A stretch of DNA of 54,756 nucleotides, the filler included, from Streblomastix strix (lineage: Eukaryota), in the NCBI GenBank assembly GCA_008636045.1. It is 3 parts of 3 records of this genome, joined end to end, with 100 filler letters (N's around TTAATTAATTAA, not from the genome) between each part and the next. Parts side by side here need not be neighbours in the genome. Positions count along the whole stretch, not along the records: positions 36,575 to 54,756 come from SNRW01000633.1; 2 more parts are not named here. The stretch is one strand, 5' to 3'. Position 1 is the stretch's first letter; the number at the start of each line of letters is the position of its first letter. The position numbers and the translations under genes were made by a program. Under the pieces are notes generated by a model, which was not told the DNA's origin, ran no database searches, and was given only the letters and a program-made list of their open reading frames with translations. This document shows positions 52,577 to 54,756 of this stretch, one piece after another.

Positions 52577-53540
52577 TCATTCAAAGTTTGTGAGTCTCTC
52601 TCTTATTGTATCATTTAAATTCATATCATAATGTACTGCTACTGTGCTAGGTCCATCTTTATGTCTGGATGCTCTGTTAATCTCTTAGATTGTTGCTCCC
52701 TGATTGATACTTTTAGTTATTGAAGACTTTCTGATTGATGTGACTGAGTTTCCCTTCACTACTCCAGATGCTTCCATGATAATGTGTACTGCCTTGGAGA
52801 GGTACTCATAGGAAGAAACTTTCTACTTCTTAGGTCGCCACCAAAGTGCTTTGCTTCGATCTTCTTCATTTCTTAACGCGATCCAACTGCTGAGCCAGGA
52901 TGTTGGACATACTTTCAGATTAGATAGAGGTCTGAATGTTACTGTTAAATCATAGTTATCACCTTTCCAGATAGATGTGCTTAGCTACCATACATTATCC
53001 TCAAGTTAAATCACAGATGCCCTATAAATCTCAGCTAAACGCAGAGTAGAGAAAGCCATAATTGAAGATATTGTGCATCCAAGATGCTCCTATTCGCTCA
53101 GTTTTCGCTTAAATTCAGCTCTTTCTTATAAATGTTTCAGAAGGATATCTAATTTATATATTGGTTCTTCTCTCCTTTTCTTTCTGGTTGCAGCGACAGG
53201 CTTTTTCATTATTTACTTGAGTGCGAATCCATTAATTCTATCTTCTTGGAAGCCTTAGATCCTGAATAACATCCCTACTGCAGTTCTACACGCGTTTGAA
53301 TTAGCATTTGTTGCATGAGCTGAAACTTGTTGAGCAATAAAGTTGGAAATCACAGTTTCTGGATCTTTCACAGTTGTAAGATCTTCCCAGGATTTCCCAG
53401 ATTTGGTCCAGAACTCTTCAAATTCGCCTATTCTTTATCGATGTCTGCTCCAGATACTATGCCATCCATCAATAACTTGTTGTGTTGCTTCATCAGAGAA
53501 CTATCTTTTTGATAATATCCACTTGAATAGCTCCTCTCCT
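52577..53540 (-). CDS. Tyrosine recombinase of the DIRS element
   Basis: FSTLRLAEI (R), IWKG (K), VCPTSWL, VTSIRKSS (HxxR box with Thr for His), ASRHKDG (H), AVHYD (Y); TGA at 52577. The frame stays open upstream to an ATG at 53806, so the start is uncertain. Confidence 0.88.
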
Positions 53541-54756
53541 CGATCACCTCTAACCTGACTGCGAGTAATTCGCCTGGAGGAAGATGCTTTTTTGCTTTCC
53601 TCATTCGACCGCCCGTCCTCAAAACGTCTACGCTTCTTCCCAGGTTGACAAATCTTGACGCCAGCTTAGTCAGACTCGGCCCCCAAGATTGGGACGGCCA
53701 ATTAGGTATCACCATCACTGCTTGTACATTCTCTTCTCTTACTTTGTTGAGAGTAGCTTAGATCAGTGGAATCGGTGGATGGAGGTATGGTAGTTCTCCC
53801 TTCCATGGAAGTGACAGACAATCTTGTCCTACAGCCCAACTGTCCGCTGTGATGCTAACGAATCACTTAAGCTTCCTGTTCTGTCTATTCGCGAACATAT
53901 CGATTGATGGACGAGTTCTCAACACTCGAATTGCTTCCTCGAAGACTTCTTGGTGTAGTGAATAGTCTCCGGAGGTTGCTAATCTAGACAATGAGTCCGG
54001 GATCTTGTTTGTCACTCCTGGAATGTGGAATGCATGAAGCTACAGGTTGGAATTTTCTGCTATTTCTAAGATTCTGTCCACCAACTTTGCGAGAGCTATC
54101 GCGGCTGATCCTCGATTGATGTTGTATGCTGCTGATGTGTTATCTGTCTCTATTTTGAGTGATTTGACTTATCTTTCTTTTAAGAAGGTCCCGGAACGGC
54201 GAAGAGCGCAAAGAATAGCTGCCGTTTCTCTTTAATTGCTACTTTGAAGGTGCCAGTTTAGACTCCATTTGCCCCAAAACCATACTTCTTGTGCTGGATT
54301 GAACAACTTAAGCGTTGCACCCCAGTGGGTCTGACTTGCATCTGTCGCTAGAATCGCTTGAGGTTGGACAATTGTTGCTTGAACAGGTCTATTCCTCGTT
54401 ATTATTGATTACCACCAGAAGATTTCTTGAAGGACCTACCTATTCAGGAAAACTACTGCATTCCATCCCTTCTATAGCACAGCTTTAGATTTAATCTTGT
54501 TCAATTTCCTCAGATGGATCCCGCCTCGCTTAAATTGAAGCCTCAGGAAGTTCAAGGACCCTATGAAACTCGCCAAGAATCTAACTTTCACTATCCGTTG
54601 GTTAACTGCGATCCTTCTCCATCTACCTAACATCTATTTCATCTTCATTTGTCTAGTTATTGTCATTGATAATTAGTCCAGATTAGAATCGATTGACCAT
54701 CCCAGGAATTCTATCCTCATCTGTGGTATCAGAACTGACTTATCCATTGATATCTT
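53368..54756 (-). pseudogene. DIRS pol: RT C-terminus, RNase H and methyltransferase-like domain (5'-partial; internal TGA at 53863)
   Basis: RT: KSVLIPQMRIEFLG, LASFIGSLNF. RNase H: ATDASQTHWGA, SSNQRETAAI, IETDNTSA, HIPGVTNKIPDSLSR. Methyltransferase-like: IDMFAN, YLHPPIPLI, VIPNWPSQSW. Confidence 0.9.

Larger units (their letters stand above)
52003..54756 (-). mobile_element. DIRS-type tyrosine-recombinase retrotransposon, 3' half
   Basis: RT C-terminus/RNase H/methyltransferase-like ORF overlapping a tyrosine recombinase ORF, followed by inverted and direct repeats. The element's 3' boundary is approximate. Confidence 0.9.

Noticed and set aside
1..54756. rRNA, tRNA or prokaryotic operon signals
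   Set aside because: None recognised by eye; a tRNAscan-SE/Infernal run would be needed to exclude small RNAs formally.

Overview
This window is eukaryotic and very AT-rich. It consists of three unrelated contigs (1-18190, 18291-36474, 36575-54756; 18190/18184/18182 bp, so apparently size-sorted) joined by artificial N-TTAATTAATTAA-N spacers. The genes only make sense if TAA/TAG encode Gln and TGA is the only stop (translation table 6), so the supplied ORF track mostly shows fragments or antisense shadows. The code, the short AT-rich GT-AG introns and the gene families suggest a metamonad protist such as the oxymonad Streblomastix (inference). Contig 1 is an apparently perfect fold-back, with two 8,993-bp arms around a 204-bp loop, carrying one ~2,700-aa orphan gene; it is most likely an amplification chimera. 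Contig 2 is the main finding: an intron-less, gene-dense Polinton-like/Maverick-type DNA virus written in the host code. It encodes a protein-primed PolB (OTU-like N-terminus, HNH-like insert), an A32-type packaging ATPase, a probable major capsid protein, a pVI-like amphipathic protein, two phage-tail-fibre-like proteins and a KilA-N protein. It also carries an intact Fic-domain enzyme. A TTATTTTTG motif sits ~10 nt upstream of most plus-strand start codons, no integrase is visible, and the copy is partly decayed. Contig 3 has a ~7.4-kb tandem segmental duplication (dead papain-family proteases plus coiled-coil/ARM-like paralogs with different middle regions). It ends in the 3' half of a DIRS-type tyrosine-recombinase retrotransposon. 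All translations were done by hand and no database searches were run.
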